From an uncultured delta proteobacterium (GTDB lineage: Bacteria > Desulfobacterota > Desulfobacteria > Desulfobacterales > JAFDCJ01): a stretch of 64,000 nucleotides of DNA. The translations under genes and the position numbers were made by a program. Of this stretch, positions 41,692 to 51,352 are shown piece after piece. The notes under the pieces are model-generated. The model saw only the letters and a program-made list of their open reading frames with translations, was not told where the DNA came from and ran no database searches. The stretch covers positions 128,001-192,000 of the forward strand of contig CAVYNY010000013.1 of assembly GCA_963769935.1 (NCBI GenBank). Reading direction: 5' to 3'. Numbering within the stretch: position 1 is the first letter of the stretch; every line of letters starts with the position of its first letter.

Positions 41692-44217
41692 ATGATTGCC
41701 GAGCTGCTGAAATCCAATATCGCCATTGTAGGCGGGGGGAGATTTTGCAAAAGATTTCTGCAATTGCTCTTCAGCGAGGATTTTGAGGATCAGCATCCGA
41801 AGGTTTTAGGGGTGGCCGATCGGAACAGCTCCGGGCAGGGGATGGTATACGCCCGGGAGATGGAAATATTTACCACGACCGACTTCAACGATCTTCTCAG
41901 CCTCGCTGACCTGCAGGTTGTGGTGGAGCTGACCGGCGATGTGAAACTCGGCAGCATCATCAAAAAAAACGCGCCGGCCGGAATCAAAATAATTAATCAC
42001 ATCGAGGCGCGGTCGCTATGGAGTTCCCTCCAGGTCGAAAAAGAAAAGCGAAAAGCATTAAAGGAATTACGGCAGAACAGTTTTAAGGCCGGCGAATTAG
42101 ACACTCTATTTGAAAAATTTGCCGACCGCTTGGGCGAAGTTGTTAAAGAGCGCAGTGACCGGTACGTGGAAATCGAAAGGGAACTGGTAGAAAGCGAAAG
42201 GGCCCTGTCCCAGATAATAGGGGGCAGTACGATACCGACATTTGTCATCAACAAAGACCATATCGTAACCCATTGGAACAAAGCCATGGAGCGGCTTACG
42301 GGCGCTCCGGTCGAGGAGATGGTGAACACCAACCGCCAGTCGACGCCTTTTTGGGGTGAAGAACGCCCCACGATGGCCGATGTTATCCTGGATCAAATTG
42401 ATGAAGACGAAATTCAGAAATTGTACGGCGAAAAATGGCGCAAATCGGCATTGATTGAAGAAGCTTATGAAGCCGAAGTGTTTTTCCCCCGGCTGGGCGA
42501 AAACGGAAAATGGTGCTGGTTTACGGCCGCTCCCATAAAAGCACCGGACGGCACCATCGTCGGCGCCATCGAAACCCTCTGGGACAAAACCGAGGACAAA
42601 AAAGCTGAAGAAGAACGGGAGCGCTACAACCGGGAACTGAGCACGATGTGCACCATTTACAGTGCCTTGAATGTTCCCGCCGATCTGGATTCGCGCATCA
42701 ACCAGACCGTGGATGAATTGTTACGGTTTTTATCGGCCGACGCCGTTGGTATCTATTTGCGGGAACAGGACGGCAACTACTATCTGCGCAATTGCCGGGG
42801 GCTATCGGCGGCAGGCTGTGAAAAGGTGAGCGTTCTTGACCAAGACAGCGCGATTCACCGTGTTGCCCAGATGAATGCATACACCATCAATGATTCCTCG
42901 CTCAAAAGGTGTTCGGATGAAGTCTTCCTCCTGCAGGAAGAAGGGATCGCTTCCATTGCCTATATTCCCATCAGCAGCAAAGAAAAGAAAACGTTCGGCG
43001 TCATCCGCATCGGCAGTAAAAAGCCGAAGTATTTCAATCATGAGCTGAAAAGCGTTCTTGAATTGATCGGCAATCGTATCGGGGTGGCCATCGAAAATGC
43101 CATGCTGCAGGATCAGTACATTAAATCGGAAAAAAAATATCGCACACTGTTTAACAGCGATCCCCATCCTATATTCATTCTTGACAGCCGGACATTTGAG
43201 ATTCTGGACATGAATCAACGGGCTCAGGTCAGCTACGGATATACCCGGGAGGAATTGCTGGGCCTGCAGTTTCTTGAGATCGGGGTAGAAGACGATAAAG
43301 AGCTGGCCCAGGCGCTGGCGAATCTTACCGAAGATCAATCGCTTCTATTCACCAAGAAACGGCACTACCGCAAGGGCCGCAAGCCGTTTTACGTCAATAT
43401 CAACATAAGCTATGCAAAATACGGCGAAGGCAATGTTATCATGGTTTCCACCACCGATATCACTGAAGTGGTCGAGAAAGAAACCCAGCTGATACAAGCC
43501 GGCAAAATGACCACGCTGGGCGTGATGGCCGCCGGCATGGCCCATGAAATCAACCAGCCTTTGAACGTCATCCAGGTGTGCGCCGACTTTTTCTTGAAGA
43601 TGCTGAAAAGGGGTGCCAAGATTGACGACGAAGACCTGCGGACCATGGCCAACGACATCGTCGCCAATGTGGAGCGGGCCACCGGTGTTATCAAACACGT
43701 CCGGGATTTTGCCAGACAATCCGAACCTATTCGCAGCAGGGTGAACATCAACGATCCAATCCGGGATGTTTTCAAAGTCCTCGGTCATCAGCTCAAAGTC
43801 CATGATATTGAGGTGCATCTGGATCTGGACCCGGATTTGCCGGATATTATGGCCGAGCACAACCGTCTGGAGCAGGTGTTTATCAACCTGGTTTCCAATG
43901 CCATCGATGCCATGGATCAAAAAAGCAGCGAGCCCGGTTCCGGGGGGGATGCGCTCAAGCGGCTATCCATTAAATCGTTCGGGAAAGACGGCCAGGTCGC
44001 AGTGCATGTCACTGATACGGGTACCGGGATGTCGGAAGAGGTTAGAAACAAGATTTTCGAACCCTTCTATACGACTAAAAAAGTCGGCAAGGGCACCGGG
44101 TTGGGAGTGAGTATCAGCTACGGAATTGTCAAAGACTACGGCGGCAGCATTGATATCGACAGTGAAATCGGCCAGGGCACGTCGTTTAAGCTGATGTTTC
44201 CGGTGGCCGGTGTTTAG
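41692..44217 (+). CDS. Cytoplasmic histidine kinase (Rossmann-like N-terminus, PAS-GAF-PAS-HisKA-HATPase)
   Basis: NIAIVGGG; AHEINQPL H-box, NLVSNAIDA, DTGTG, GTGLG. Confidence 0.92.
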   Translation: MIAELLKSNIAIVGGGRFCKRFLQLLFSEDFEDQHPKVLGVADRNSSGQGMVYAREMEIFTTTDFNDLLSLADLQVVVELTGDVKLGSIIKKNAPAGIKIINHIEARSLWSSLQVEKEKRKALKELRQNSFKAGELDTLFEKFADRLGEVVKERSDRYVEIERELVESERALSQIIGGSTIPTFVINKDHIVTHWNKAMERLTGAPVEEMVNTNRQSTPFWGEERPTMADVILDQIDEDEIQKLYGEKWRKSALIEEAYEAEVFFPRLGENGKWCWFTAAPIKAPDGTIVGAIETLWDKTEDKKAEEERERYNRELSTMCTIYSALNVPADLDSRINQTVDELLRFLSADAVGIYLREQDGNYYLRNCRGLSAAGCEKVSVLDQDSAIHRVAQMNAYTINDSSLKRCSDEVFLLQEEGIASIAYIPISSKEKKTFGVIRIGSKKPKYFNHELKSVLELIGNRIGVAIENAMLQDQYIKSEKKYRTLFNSDPHPIFILDSRTFEILDMNQRAQVSYGYTREELLGLQFLEIGVEDDKELAQALANLTEDQSLLFTKKRHYRKGRKPFYVNINISYAKYGEGNVIMVSTTDITEVVEKETQLIQAGKMTTLGVMAAGMAHEINQPLNVIQVCADFFLKMLKRGAKIDDEDLRTMANDIVANVERATGVIKHVRDFARQSEPIRSRVNINDPIRDVFKVLGHQLKVHDIEVHLDLDPDLPDIMAEHNRLEQVFINLVSNAIDAMDQKSSEPGSGGDALKRLSIKSFGKDGQVAVHVTDTGTGMSEEVRNKIFEPFYTTKKVGKGTGLGVSISYGIVKDYGGSIDIDSEIGQGTSFKLMFPVAGV

Positions 44218-44238
44218 GGTTGATTGGGCTTGACTTTT

Positions 44239-44290
44239 AGGTGTCAGGTGTCAGCACTGCCGCTGCCCGTTCTGACACCTGAACACTGAA
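44239..44290. repeat. Heptamer inverted-repeat element
   Basis: aggtgtcaggtgtcag ... ctgacacctgaacactga. Confidence 0.7.
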
Positions 44291-44336
44291 GCCTTTAACC
44301 TTTAGCCATTAACCTTGAACCAATCATTTTAAAATT

Positions 44337-45857
44337 ATGGACAAACTATTACTCATAGATGATGAGCCCGACATTCTGAGGGTTCTTGGCATATCGCTGA
44401 AAGCAGACGGATATCATGTCATCCCGGCCCTCAATGGCGCTGAGGGCCTGGAGGCATTTTCCCGGGATAGGCCTTCCATTGTTATCACCGACATCAAAAT
44501 GCCGGGTATGGATGGTATCGAAGTTCTGGAAAAAATAAAAGAAATTGATCCCGATACGGAAGTGATTATCATAACCGGCCACGGTGATATAGACAATGCC
44601 ATCGAATCGCTTAAATATGGGGCCTCGGATTTCATCAACAAACCTGTGCGGGACGAAGCGCTGTCAATCGCCCTGGCAAGAGCCAAAGAAAAACTCGATA
44701 TCAAACGCCGGTTAAAGGAATATACGACTGATCTCGAAAAAAAAATCGAGCTTGCCACCAGTGAATTAAGAAGACAGACCAATTTTCAAATCAAACTCAT
44801 TCGAAGCTCAAATGATGGAATTGTCGCTACCGATCAGGAGTTGAAGATTGTTATTTATAATCCCGGCGCGGAGAAAATTTTCGGGTATTTCCAGTCCGAG
44901 GTCATATATAAGATGCAGTTGGAGGCGCTTTACCCGGCTGAAATCACGGGCTTGTTTCACGAGGCCTTGCGGGCGGATACCAGCCTGAAGGAAATTGCCT
45001 GGCGGGAAACCGAGATAACTTGCAAGGACGGCGAACAGATTCCGGTCAGGTTTTCGGGCACGATTTTAACGGAAAATGAACGGGAAATGGGCACGGTTGC
45101 TTTTTTTCAGGATTTGAGAGAAATTAAACGGTTGGAAAAAGAACTGGTCAAATCTGAGCGGCTGGCCGCCGTCGGGCAAACCGTGGCCGGTCTGGCGCAC
45201 GGCATTAAAAATATTTTGCACGGACTCAAGGGCGGCAGCTATCTGGTGGATATCGGAATCCAACGCAATGACACCGAAAAGCTAAAAAAGGGATGGGAAA
45301 CGATAAAAAGAAACATCGGCCGGACCTCTAATCTTGTGATGGATCTGCTGTCGTATTCCAAAGAACGCACGCCGGAATACGAAGTGTGCCGGCCCAATGA
45401 AATCATAAATGATGTTTGCGAACTGCTCAAAGCTAAAGCCGAGGAGAACAACATTGAAATCCTCACTGAATTTGACGACGCCGTCGGTGAAGTGGTTATG
45501 GATGGCAGCATAATTCATGAAGCCTTGCTGAACCTGGCGTCAAATGCCGTGGATGCCTGCCTGTTCGATGAGGACGTCGGCAAAAAATGGCAAGTCAGAC
45601 TGAAAACCGTGATGGAACCGGAAAATATCATCAAATTTGAAGTCACGGACAACGGGGCCGGCATGGACCAGGAGGTATTGCAGAAGCTCTTTACCTCATT
45701 TTTCAGCACCAAAGGGCATAGAGGCACCGGTCTGGGTCTGATGGTCACTCGCAAAATCATCGAAGAACACCAGGGCCGGATAGAAGTGGCATCCCAACTG
45801 GGCCAGGGAACCACTTTTACCGTCCGGTTGCCGTATAAGGTGGCTGATGCGGCCTAG
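44337..45857 (+). CDS. Hybrid kinase: receiver-PAS-HisKA-HATPase
   Basis: LLIDDE, ITDIKMPG; AHGIKNIL, DNGAG, GTGLG. Confidence 0.92.
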   Translation: MDKLLLIDDEPDILRVLGISLKADGYHVIPALNGAEGLEAFSRDRPSIVITDIKMPGMDGIEVLEKIKEIDPDTEVIIITGHGDIDNAIESLKYGASDFINKPVRDEALSIALARAKEKLDIKRRLKEYTTDLEKKIELATSELRRQTNFQIKLIRSSNDGIVATDQELKIVIYNPGAEKIFGYFQSEVIYKMQLEALYPAEITGLFHEALRADTSLKEIAWRETEITCKDGEQIPVRFSGTILTENEREMGTVAFFQDLREIKRLEKELVKSERLAAVGQTVAGLAHGIKNILHGLKGGSYLVDIGIQRNDTEKLKKGWETIKRNIGRTSNLVMDLLSYSKERTPEYEVCRPNEIINDVCELLKAKAEENNIEILTEFDDAVGEVVMDGSIIHEALLNLASNAVDACLFDEDVGKKWQVRLKTVMEPENIIKFEVTDNGAGMDQEVLQKLFTSFFSTKGHRGTGLGLMVTRKIIEEHQGRIEVASQLGQGTTFTVRLPYKVADAA

Positions 45858-45934
45858 TAATGGCTAAGATATAGTTTTGGTTAAAATCAATTTTTAAGAT
45901 ATATTGCTGAGTATTTTCATAAGGAGGATGCATC

Positions 45935-46327
45935 ATGGGTAAAAAAGTACTGGTTGTTGATGATGATCCGGATGTCCGGCTGTTCAGCGTTGCGGTTCTG
46001 GAAGAAAACGGCTACACCCCCCTGGAGGCGACCAACGGTGAAGAAGGCCTTACGATGATCAAAGCAGAAAAACCGGATTTGGTTATTCTGGATATTCTGA
46101 TGCCGAGGCAAAGCGGAATCCGACTATACCGCGAACTGAAGACTGACAAATCGCTGAGGACTGTTAAAGTTATCATTCTATCCGGCATCGCCAAAAAGAC
46201 GTTTCTGCGTTCCCAGAAGGCTCTGACCGAATTCGGCGGCGAGGAGGTTCCGGAACCCGAGATTTATTTGGAAAAACCGGTCGAACCTGAGGTGCTGGCA
46301 GATAATATTAAGAAAATTTTGGCCTGA
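45935..46327 (+). CDS. Single-domain response regulator
   Basis: VLVVDDD, LDILMP, EKP. Confidence 0.92.
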   Translation: MGKKVLVVDDDPDVRLFSVAVLEENGYTPLEATNGEEGLTMIKAEKPDLVILDILMPRQSGIRLYRELKTDKSLRTVKVIILSGIAKKTFLRSQKALTEFGGEEVPEPEIYLEKPVEPEVLADNIKKILA

Positions 46328-46365
46328 TGCCGTAAAAATCAAACAGCAAAACGCAGTGGAGAGCA

Positions 46366-47250
46366 ATGGAAACCATGAAGATTACGCGACTACTTTTCGT
46401 CACCAAGTTCGAGGAACTGGGATACGATGCCGTGCAGTCATTGCTGAGCCTGACAAAAGCCGACTTGAACCACATTGTCTTTTTAAACGTCATCGAAAGG
46501 GAACGCTTCGCCATGAGCCGGGTGGGCTACCGCAAGGATGAGGAAATAAGACTGCGGGAAGCGGCCAATATTCGGTTTATAGACTGGTCCGAAAACCTGT
46601 TTGAGCAGGGCTTGGAGGTCGGCGTCTATATCGTGGTCGGCAGCCTGGTTCCGCAAGTCATCAAAGCCGCGCAAAAAGAGGAAGCCGATCTTATTGTCAT
46701 CGGGCGTTCGCCCAAAGGTGTGCTGGAGCATCTGTACACAGGCTCGGACATCACGGAATTATTGCGCAGGGCGGAAACTCCGGTTCTGGTGTATAAACAT
46801 TTATCGGAGACGGTGATTTCCATCGCGAAACCCTTTGAAAGACCTCTACTGGCAATGGACTGGTCAGCTGCCAGTATGAAAGCGGTAGGGTATCTAAAGG
46901 AGCTTAAAGATGTGATTCAGGAGATAAGTGTCGTTCATGTGGTCAGTGAAAAGGACTTGAAAGCCACATCGGCCATGTCCGTCCAGAAAACGCGCAAACA
47001 GGCAAGGAAGAAGCTTGAGGAGATCAGCGCCATATTCGCAGCCGAGGGCATTGAGGCCAGAGAGCATGTTTACATCGGCGAGCCGGAGGAGGAGCTTGAA
47101 AAGGCGGCCCGGGAGTGCCAGTCGACCATGATTGTGATGGGCTCGTCTGCCAAGGCGGCCTGGGTTGAAAGATGGCTGGGCAGCATACCGCAGACGATAG
47201 CCGAAAAGTCAATGTATCCGAGCCTGTTGATACCGCCGGAGAAAAAGTGA
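46366..47250 (+). CDS. Tandem universal stress protein
   Basis: Two USP domains: ADLIVIGRS..GSD..PVLV; MIVMGS..LGS..PSLLI. Confidence 0.88.
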   Translation: METMKITRLLFVTKFEELGYDAVQSLLSLTKADLNHIVFLNVIERERFAMSRVGYRKDEEIRLREAANIRFIDWSENLFEQGLEVGVYIVVGSLVPQVIKAAQKEEADLIVIGRSPKGVLEHLYTGSDITELLRRAETPVLVYKHLSETVISIAKPFERPLLAMDWSAASMKAVGYLKELKDVIQEISVVHVVSEKDLKATSAMSVQKTRKQARKKLEEISAIFAAEGIEAREHVYIGEPEEELEKAARECQSTMIVMGSSAKAAWVERWLGSIPQTIAEKSMYPSLLIPPEKK

Positions 47251-47334
47251 TAACCGTTCTGCCGGCACCAAAGTACATCGATAACATTGCAATTCAATTT
47301 AACGTATAAAAGGTGACAGTTAATGGAGGATTTA

Positions 47335-47946
47335 ATGGCGGTAATCACCATTTCAAGACAATTCGGGGCCGGTGGTATCACCCTCGGGAAAATGGTTGCG
47401 AAAAGACTAGGCTATTCATTCGTCGACACGGAAATCATCAAAATGGTCGCCGAGATGGCCAACGTTTCTACCGATTTTGTCGAGACGGTGGAAAAGGAGG
47501 CCGGCGGCAAGTTTTCGAAGTTTGTTGCCAAATTGGTTTCAAAGCCCTTGCTGGAGCGAGTGCTGAAAGATGAGCGCGGCTATATCGACGAAGAAATATA
47601 TCTGGATTACCTGGTTTTGACCATTGCTCAAATGGCTGATGAGGGCAACGTTGTCATTCTGGGTCGAGGCAGCCAGTACATCTTGGGCGACCATCCCGAC
47701 GCCTATCACTTCCTGCTGATTGATGAGTTCGCGAACCGGGTGCGGTTCATTCAGGAGCGCTATGCCCTTTCAAAAAGCCGGGCGGAGCAGGTTGTAAAAA
47801 GCGAAGACAAGCGCCGATTAAATCTTTATCGAAAATTGCATAAAACCGACTATGACAGATCCAGTCTGTATCATCTGGTGCTGAATATGCACAGGATCAG
47901 CCTGGATCAGGCGCAGGAAATGATGTGCGGTCTGGTGGCGCCATGA
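47335..47946 (+). CDS. Cytidylate kinase-like family protein
   Basis: VITISRQFGAGG, VILGRGSQ, YHLVLN; RBS GGAGGA. Confidence 0.88.
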   Translation: MAVITISRQFGAGGITLGKMVAKRLGYSFVDTEIIKMVAEMANVSTDFVETVEKEAGGKFSKFVAKLVSKPLLERVLKDERGYIDEEIYLDYLVLTIAQMADEGNVVILGRGSQYILGDHPDAYHFLLIDEFANRVRFIQERYALSKSRAEQVVKSEDKRRLNLYRKLHKTDYDRSSLYHLVLNMHRISLDQAQEMMCGLVAP

Positions 47947-47972
47947 ATTTGAAATGAATTCGATTTTCACCC

Positions 47973-48000
47973 TTGACAGATTCAAGGAATGTCTGATAAT
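47973..48000 (+). promoter_or_regulatory. Putative sigma70 promoter of the Fo operon
   Basis: TTGACA-N16-GATAAT, about 60 nt upstream of atpZ. Confidence 0.5.
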
Positions 48001-48059
48001 AAAAAAAGCTTTATTAACTTTGCTGTCACACGTGCACCAACCAATTCCAATTCAGGCGA

Positions 48060-48332
48060 ATGTTTTTTGATTTTAAAAAAAACCGCGCCTGGGCCGAAAA
48101 CCTCTCCATTGTGATGCAGATCGGCCTTACCATGGCCGGTTGTATCGTCTTTTGCTTCTTTGTAGGGCTATACATAGACAAGTGGATCGGCACAAAAGGC
48201 ATTTTTGTGGCGATTTTCACCGTGCTGGGGGTTGTCGGTGGGGCGGTAACGGTATACCGGCAAATTTTAAGTATCACCCAGGACGGGACAGGGAAAAGCA
48301 AGCCGGGAGATAAAGATCATGGAAAAAGTTAG
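48060..48332 (+). CDS. atpZ: AtpZ/AtpI-family small membrane protein
   Basis: Two TM segments with GLYIDKWIGT; first gene of the atp cluster. Confidence 0.8.
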   Translation: MFFDFKKNRAWAENLSIVMQIGLTMAGCIVFCFFVGLYIDKWIGTKGIFVAIFTVLGVVGGAVTVYRQILSITQDGTGKSKPGDKDHGKS

Positions 48333-48708
48333 GGAAACCCAGAAAAAGTATTGCTCACGGGCCATGATGGCGGCAATTCTCATAGGACTTTTTTTTATGC
48401 TCGCCGGATATCTTCCGATTACCAAAGGGCTGATATTGGGAACCCTTTTCAGTGTGATCAATTTTGTCCTCATCGGCGAAACGCTGCCGCTCAGACTTGG
48501 AAAACCAAAACGGAAGACCTTTTTTATTTCTCTGGGCTCGATTCTTTTCAGGTACGCACTATTATCTATTCCTCTGATTTTGGCTGTAAAATTTGAGCAG
48601 TTTAACCTGATTGCCGCTGTTGGCGGTCTTTTTGCGGTTCAGCTCGTCATTCTTGCGGACCACTTGTTCTCCTTGCTGCTTTCCCCCCAGAGAAAGCAAA
48701 TATTCTAA
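48319..48708 (+). CDS. atpI: ATP synthase subunit I
   Basis: Four TM segments, LFSVINF..FRY; directly upstream of atpB. Confidence 0.8.
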   Translation: MEKVRETQKKYCSRAMMAAILIGLFFMLAGYLPITKGLILGTLFSVINFVLIGETLPLRLGKPKRKTFFISLGSILFRYALLSIPLILAVKFEQFNLIAAVGGLFAVQLVILADHLFSLLLSPQRKQIF

Positions 48709-48735
48709 CCCATTTTTAAAGATGATTGAGTCACA

Positions 48736-49410
48736 ATGGAACAATTAGGCAGGATACATCAGCTGATAATTTCGGTCTGGGGGTATCACGTCACCCTTAA
48801 TCTTGAAGTCATCTTGATGACATGGATCGTCATTGTTATATTGCTGGTCTTTGGATTCTTGGCCGGCAGAAAAAAAAGCCGTCTGCCCGGCCCGCTTCAA
48901 AACGTCGGTGAATTGCTCGTTTCCAGTCTGTACGGCCTGACCGAAGATGCTATGGAAAAAAAATTGGCGCAAAAGTATGCCCCGCTTATCTGCGCGCTAT
49001 TCATGTTTCTCGTGTTATCCAACTGGTTGGGAATCCTGCCGCATCTCGAAGAGCCGACAAAAGATCTAAACACACCGCTAAGCCTGGGACTGCTGGGATT
49101 TGCAATCGCCCATTTCGCCGGTATTCGATCCAAAGGATTTAAACCTTATATCAAGGCCTATTTTGAACCCATTTTCTTTATGATGCCGCTGAATTTGATC
49201 GGAGAACTGGCGAAGGTGGTATCCATATCCTTTCGTCTTTTTGGCAACATTATGGGGGGGTCAATCATTATCATGGTAGTTTCCTATTTGACCTACAATT
49301 TGATTCTGCCGCCTGTTCTCAATGCATTTTTCGGGTTATTCGTCGGCACCATTCAGGCGTTTGTATTTACTATGCTCACGGTAGTTTACATTTCGGTTCA
49401 GGTAAAATAA
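48736..49410 (+). CDS. atpB: Fo subunit a
   Basis: PTKDLN, SISFRLFGN (essential Arg), IQAFVF. Confidence 0.95.
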   Translation: MEQLGRIHQLIISVWGYHVTLNLEVILMTWIVIVILLVFGFLAGRKKSRLPGPLQNVGELLVSSLYGLTEDAMEKKLAQKYAPLICALFMFLVLSNWLGILPHLEEPTKDLNTPLSLGLLGFAIAHFAGIRSKGFKPYIKAYFEPIFFMMPLNLIGELAKVVSISFRLFGNIMGGSIIIMVVSYLTYNLILPPVLNAFFGLFVGTIQAFVFTMLTVVYISVQVK

Positions 49411-49414
49411 TCAA

Positions 49415-50389
49415 ATGACAGCTGATATTCAGACGTGGATCAAGGCAGCGGCATTTGCAGGAGGCGGTTTGGCCATGGGATTCGGTGCCATCGGCGCCGC
49501 CATTGGGGAAGGTTATACAGCCGCAGAAGCCAATGAGGCCATCTCCAGAAACCCCCTGATCTCCGGAGATATTTTCAAAACCATGCTGATCGGCCAGGCA
49601 ATTGCCGAATCCGCTTCAATATTCGCCCTGGTCATTGCCATGATACTCTTGTTTACCGATTACGCCCCGACCTCCATTTTAACGGCTTGCGTACTGTTGT
49701 CCGCGGGACTATCTATGGGTCTTGGTGCCATCGGTTCCGGTATTGGTTCCGGGTTTCCGGCTGGGGCTGCCTGCCGCGGCATGTCCCGTCAGCCGGCCAT
49801 GGGCGGACGCCTCACCACCAACATGCTGATCGGATCAGCGGTTTGTCAGACACCGGCAATTTTCGCGCTGGTGACGTCGTTCATTCTGCTGTTCACCGAT
49901 TTTACACAGCGTTCGATTTCCCCGACCTGGGCCGCTATCCTGGGCGCCGGTTTGTCGTCGGGACTATCGGCCATCGGTTCGGGGTTGGGGGGGGGGCTTG
50001 TTGCCGAAGCAAGTTGTGAGGGCGCGGCCCGGCAGCCGGCCGCGGTAACAGCTGTTACCAATGTCATGCTGCTGGGACAGGCCGTTACCCAAACCACCGC
50101 AATATATGGACTTTTGATCAGCTTTATCTTGATATTCAAAAGTTTTCCGGAAACACAGGCTCTCGCTCCGGCCGCAGCACTTCTCGGCGCGGGCGTGTGC
50201 ATGGGCATCGGGGCGATCGGCCCCGGCATCGGAGAAGGGTTTACGGCCAAAAGTGCCGTAAGTTGGATAGCACGCAATTCAAACGCTGCGGCCGATATTA
50301 CCAGAGTCATGCTCGTCGGGCAGGCCGTTGCCGAATCGACCGGTATATATTCATTGGTAATTGCATTTATTTTGATATTCGTTGTGTGA
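49415..50389 (+). CDS. atpE: Fo subunit c, four fused hairpins (324 aa); carboxylate retained only in hairpins 1 and 4
   Basis: Four repeats ending GQAIAESASIF / GSAVCQTPAIF / GQAVTQTTAIY / GQAVAESTGIY. Confidence 0.92.
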   Translation: MTADIQTWIKAAAFAGGGLAMGFGAIGAAIGEGYTAAEANEAISRNPLISGDIFKTMLIGQAIAESASIFALVIAMILLFTDYAPTSILTACVLLSAGLSMGLGAIGSGIGSGFPAGAACRGMSRQPAMGGRLTTNMLIGSAVCQTPAIFALVTSFILLFTDFTQRSISPTWAAILGAGLSSGLSAIGSGLGGGLVAEASCEGAARQPAAVTAVTNVMLLGQAVTQTTAIYGLLISFILIFKSFPETQALAPAAALLGAGVCMGIGAIGPGIGEGFTAKSAVSWIARNSNAAADITRVMLVGQAVAESTGIYSLVIAFILIFVV

Positions 50390-50435
50390 TTTCAAATTCT
50401 TCCAGGGAAAAAATTAAAAATTCAGGAGGTTACAA

Positions 50436-50684
50436 ATGGCTATTGAAGGTGTAGATATTGTAAAAGCGGCAGCGTTTTTGGGCGCAGGAATCTCAATGGG
50501 ACTGGGTGCAATCGGACCCGGCGTCGGGGAGGGCATGGCAGCGGCCAAAGCGTGCGAAGCCATCGGCAAAAATCCGAAGGAAGCCGGTCTTTTAACCCGA
50601 ACCATGCTGGTCGGACAGGCGGTGACCGAGTCCACCGGAATTTATTCGCTGGTAATCGCGCTACTTCTGTTGTTTGTCGTCTAA
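50436..50684 (+). CDS. atpE: Fo subunit c, single hairpin, Na+-type
   Basis: P28, E32, V63, E65, S66, T67, Y70; RBS AGGAGG. Confidence 0.95.
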   Translation: MAIEGVDIVKAAAFLGAGISMGLGAIGPGVGEGMAAAKACEAIGKNPKEAGLLTRTMLVGQAVTESTGIYSLVIALLLLFVV

Positions 50685-50896
50685 TTTATCCGCTCTGAAA
50701 AATGGCATATTCAGGATGTTCAGTTATTTTATGGATTCTGAAGCATGTTGTTTGATTATCGGTCCGGCCGATCAATTAATTTATGCTGTGCCTGTTTGAT
50801 TTTATTTTTTTAAGTTAATTCATTTCAGCGACTTGTGTATCAAGTTAAATGGTTTCGCAGCTTAACCGTGAAACCGGCGCCGATGGAATACGTCTT

Positions 50897-51352
50897 ATGC
50901 AAATCGTCAGCAATATCGCTCTCATTACCATCAATGAAACGTTGATTGTGCAGTTGATTTCCTTTCTGCTGTTTTTATACCTCATCAATCGGGTGATGTT
51001 TCGTCCGTTACGCGAGGCAATGTCCGAGCGCGACAGTTACATCGAAAATCTGCGGCGCGAAATCTCCGATCAGCAAAAAGAGCTTCAAAAACTTTCAGCC
51101 CGGATGAAGGAAAGCGAGCAGGCCGTCGTTCGGGAAGCACACCATTTGAGCAATGTGCACGAAGAAACCGGCAGCCGCGAAGCTGCTCAGCTTATAGCCA
51201 CAACCCGGACCGAACTCCACGCACTTAAGGTAAAAACCGGCCAAGAAGTCGAAAACAGGATTGTAGAGGCTCGTGAACAATTGAGAACGGAGACACATGT
51301 CCTGGCAATGAATATCATGGAAAAGATTCTTGAACGGAGATTGGCTTCATGA
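50897..51352 (+). CDS. atpF: Fo subunit b'
   Basis: TLIVQLISFLLFLYLINRVMFRPL..ERD, then coiled coil. Confidence 0.88.
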   Translation: MQIVSNIALITINETLIVQLISFLLFLYLINRVMFRPLREAMSERDSYIENLRREISDQQKELQKLSARMKESEQAVVREAHHLSNVHEETGSREAAQLIATTRTELHALKVKTGQEVENRIVEAREQLRTETHVLAMNIMEKILERRLAS

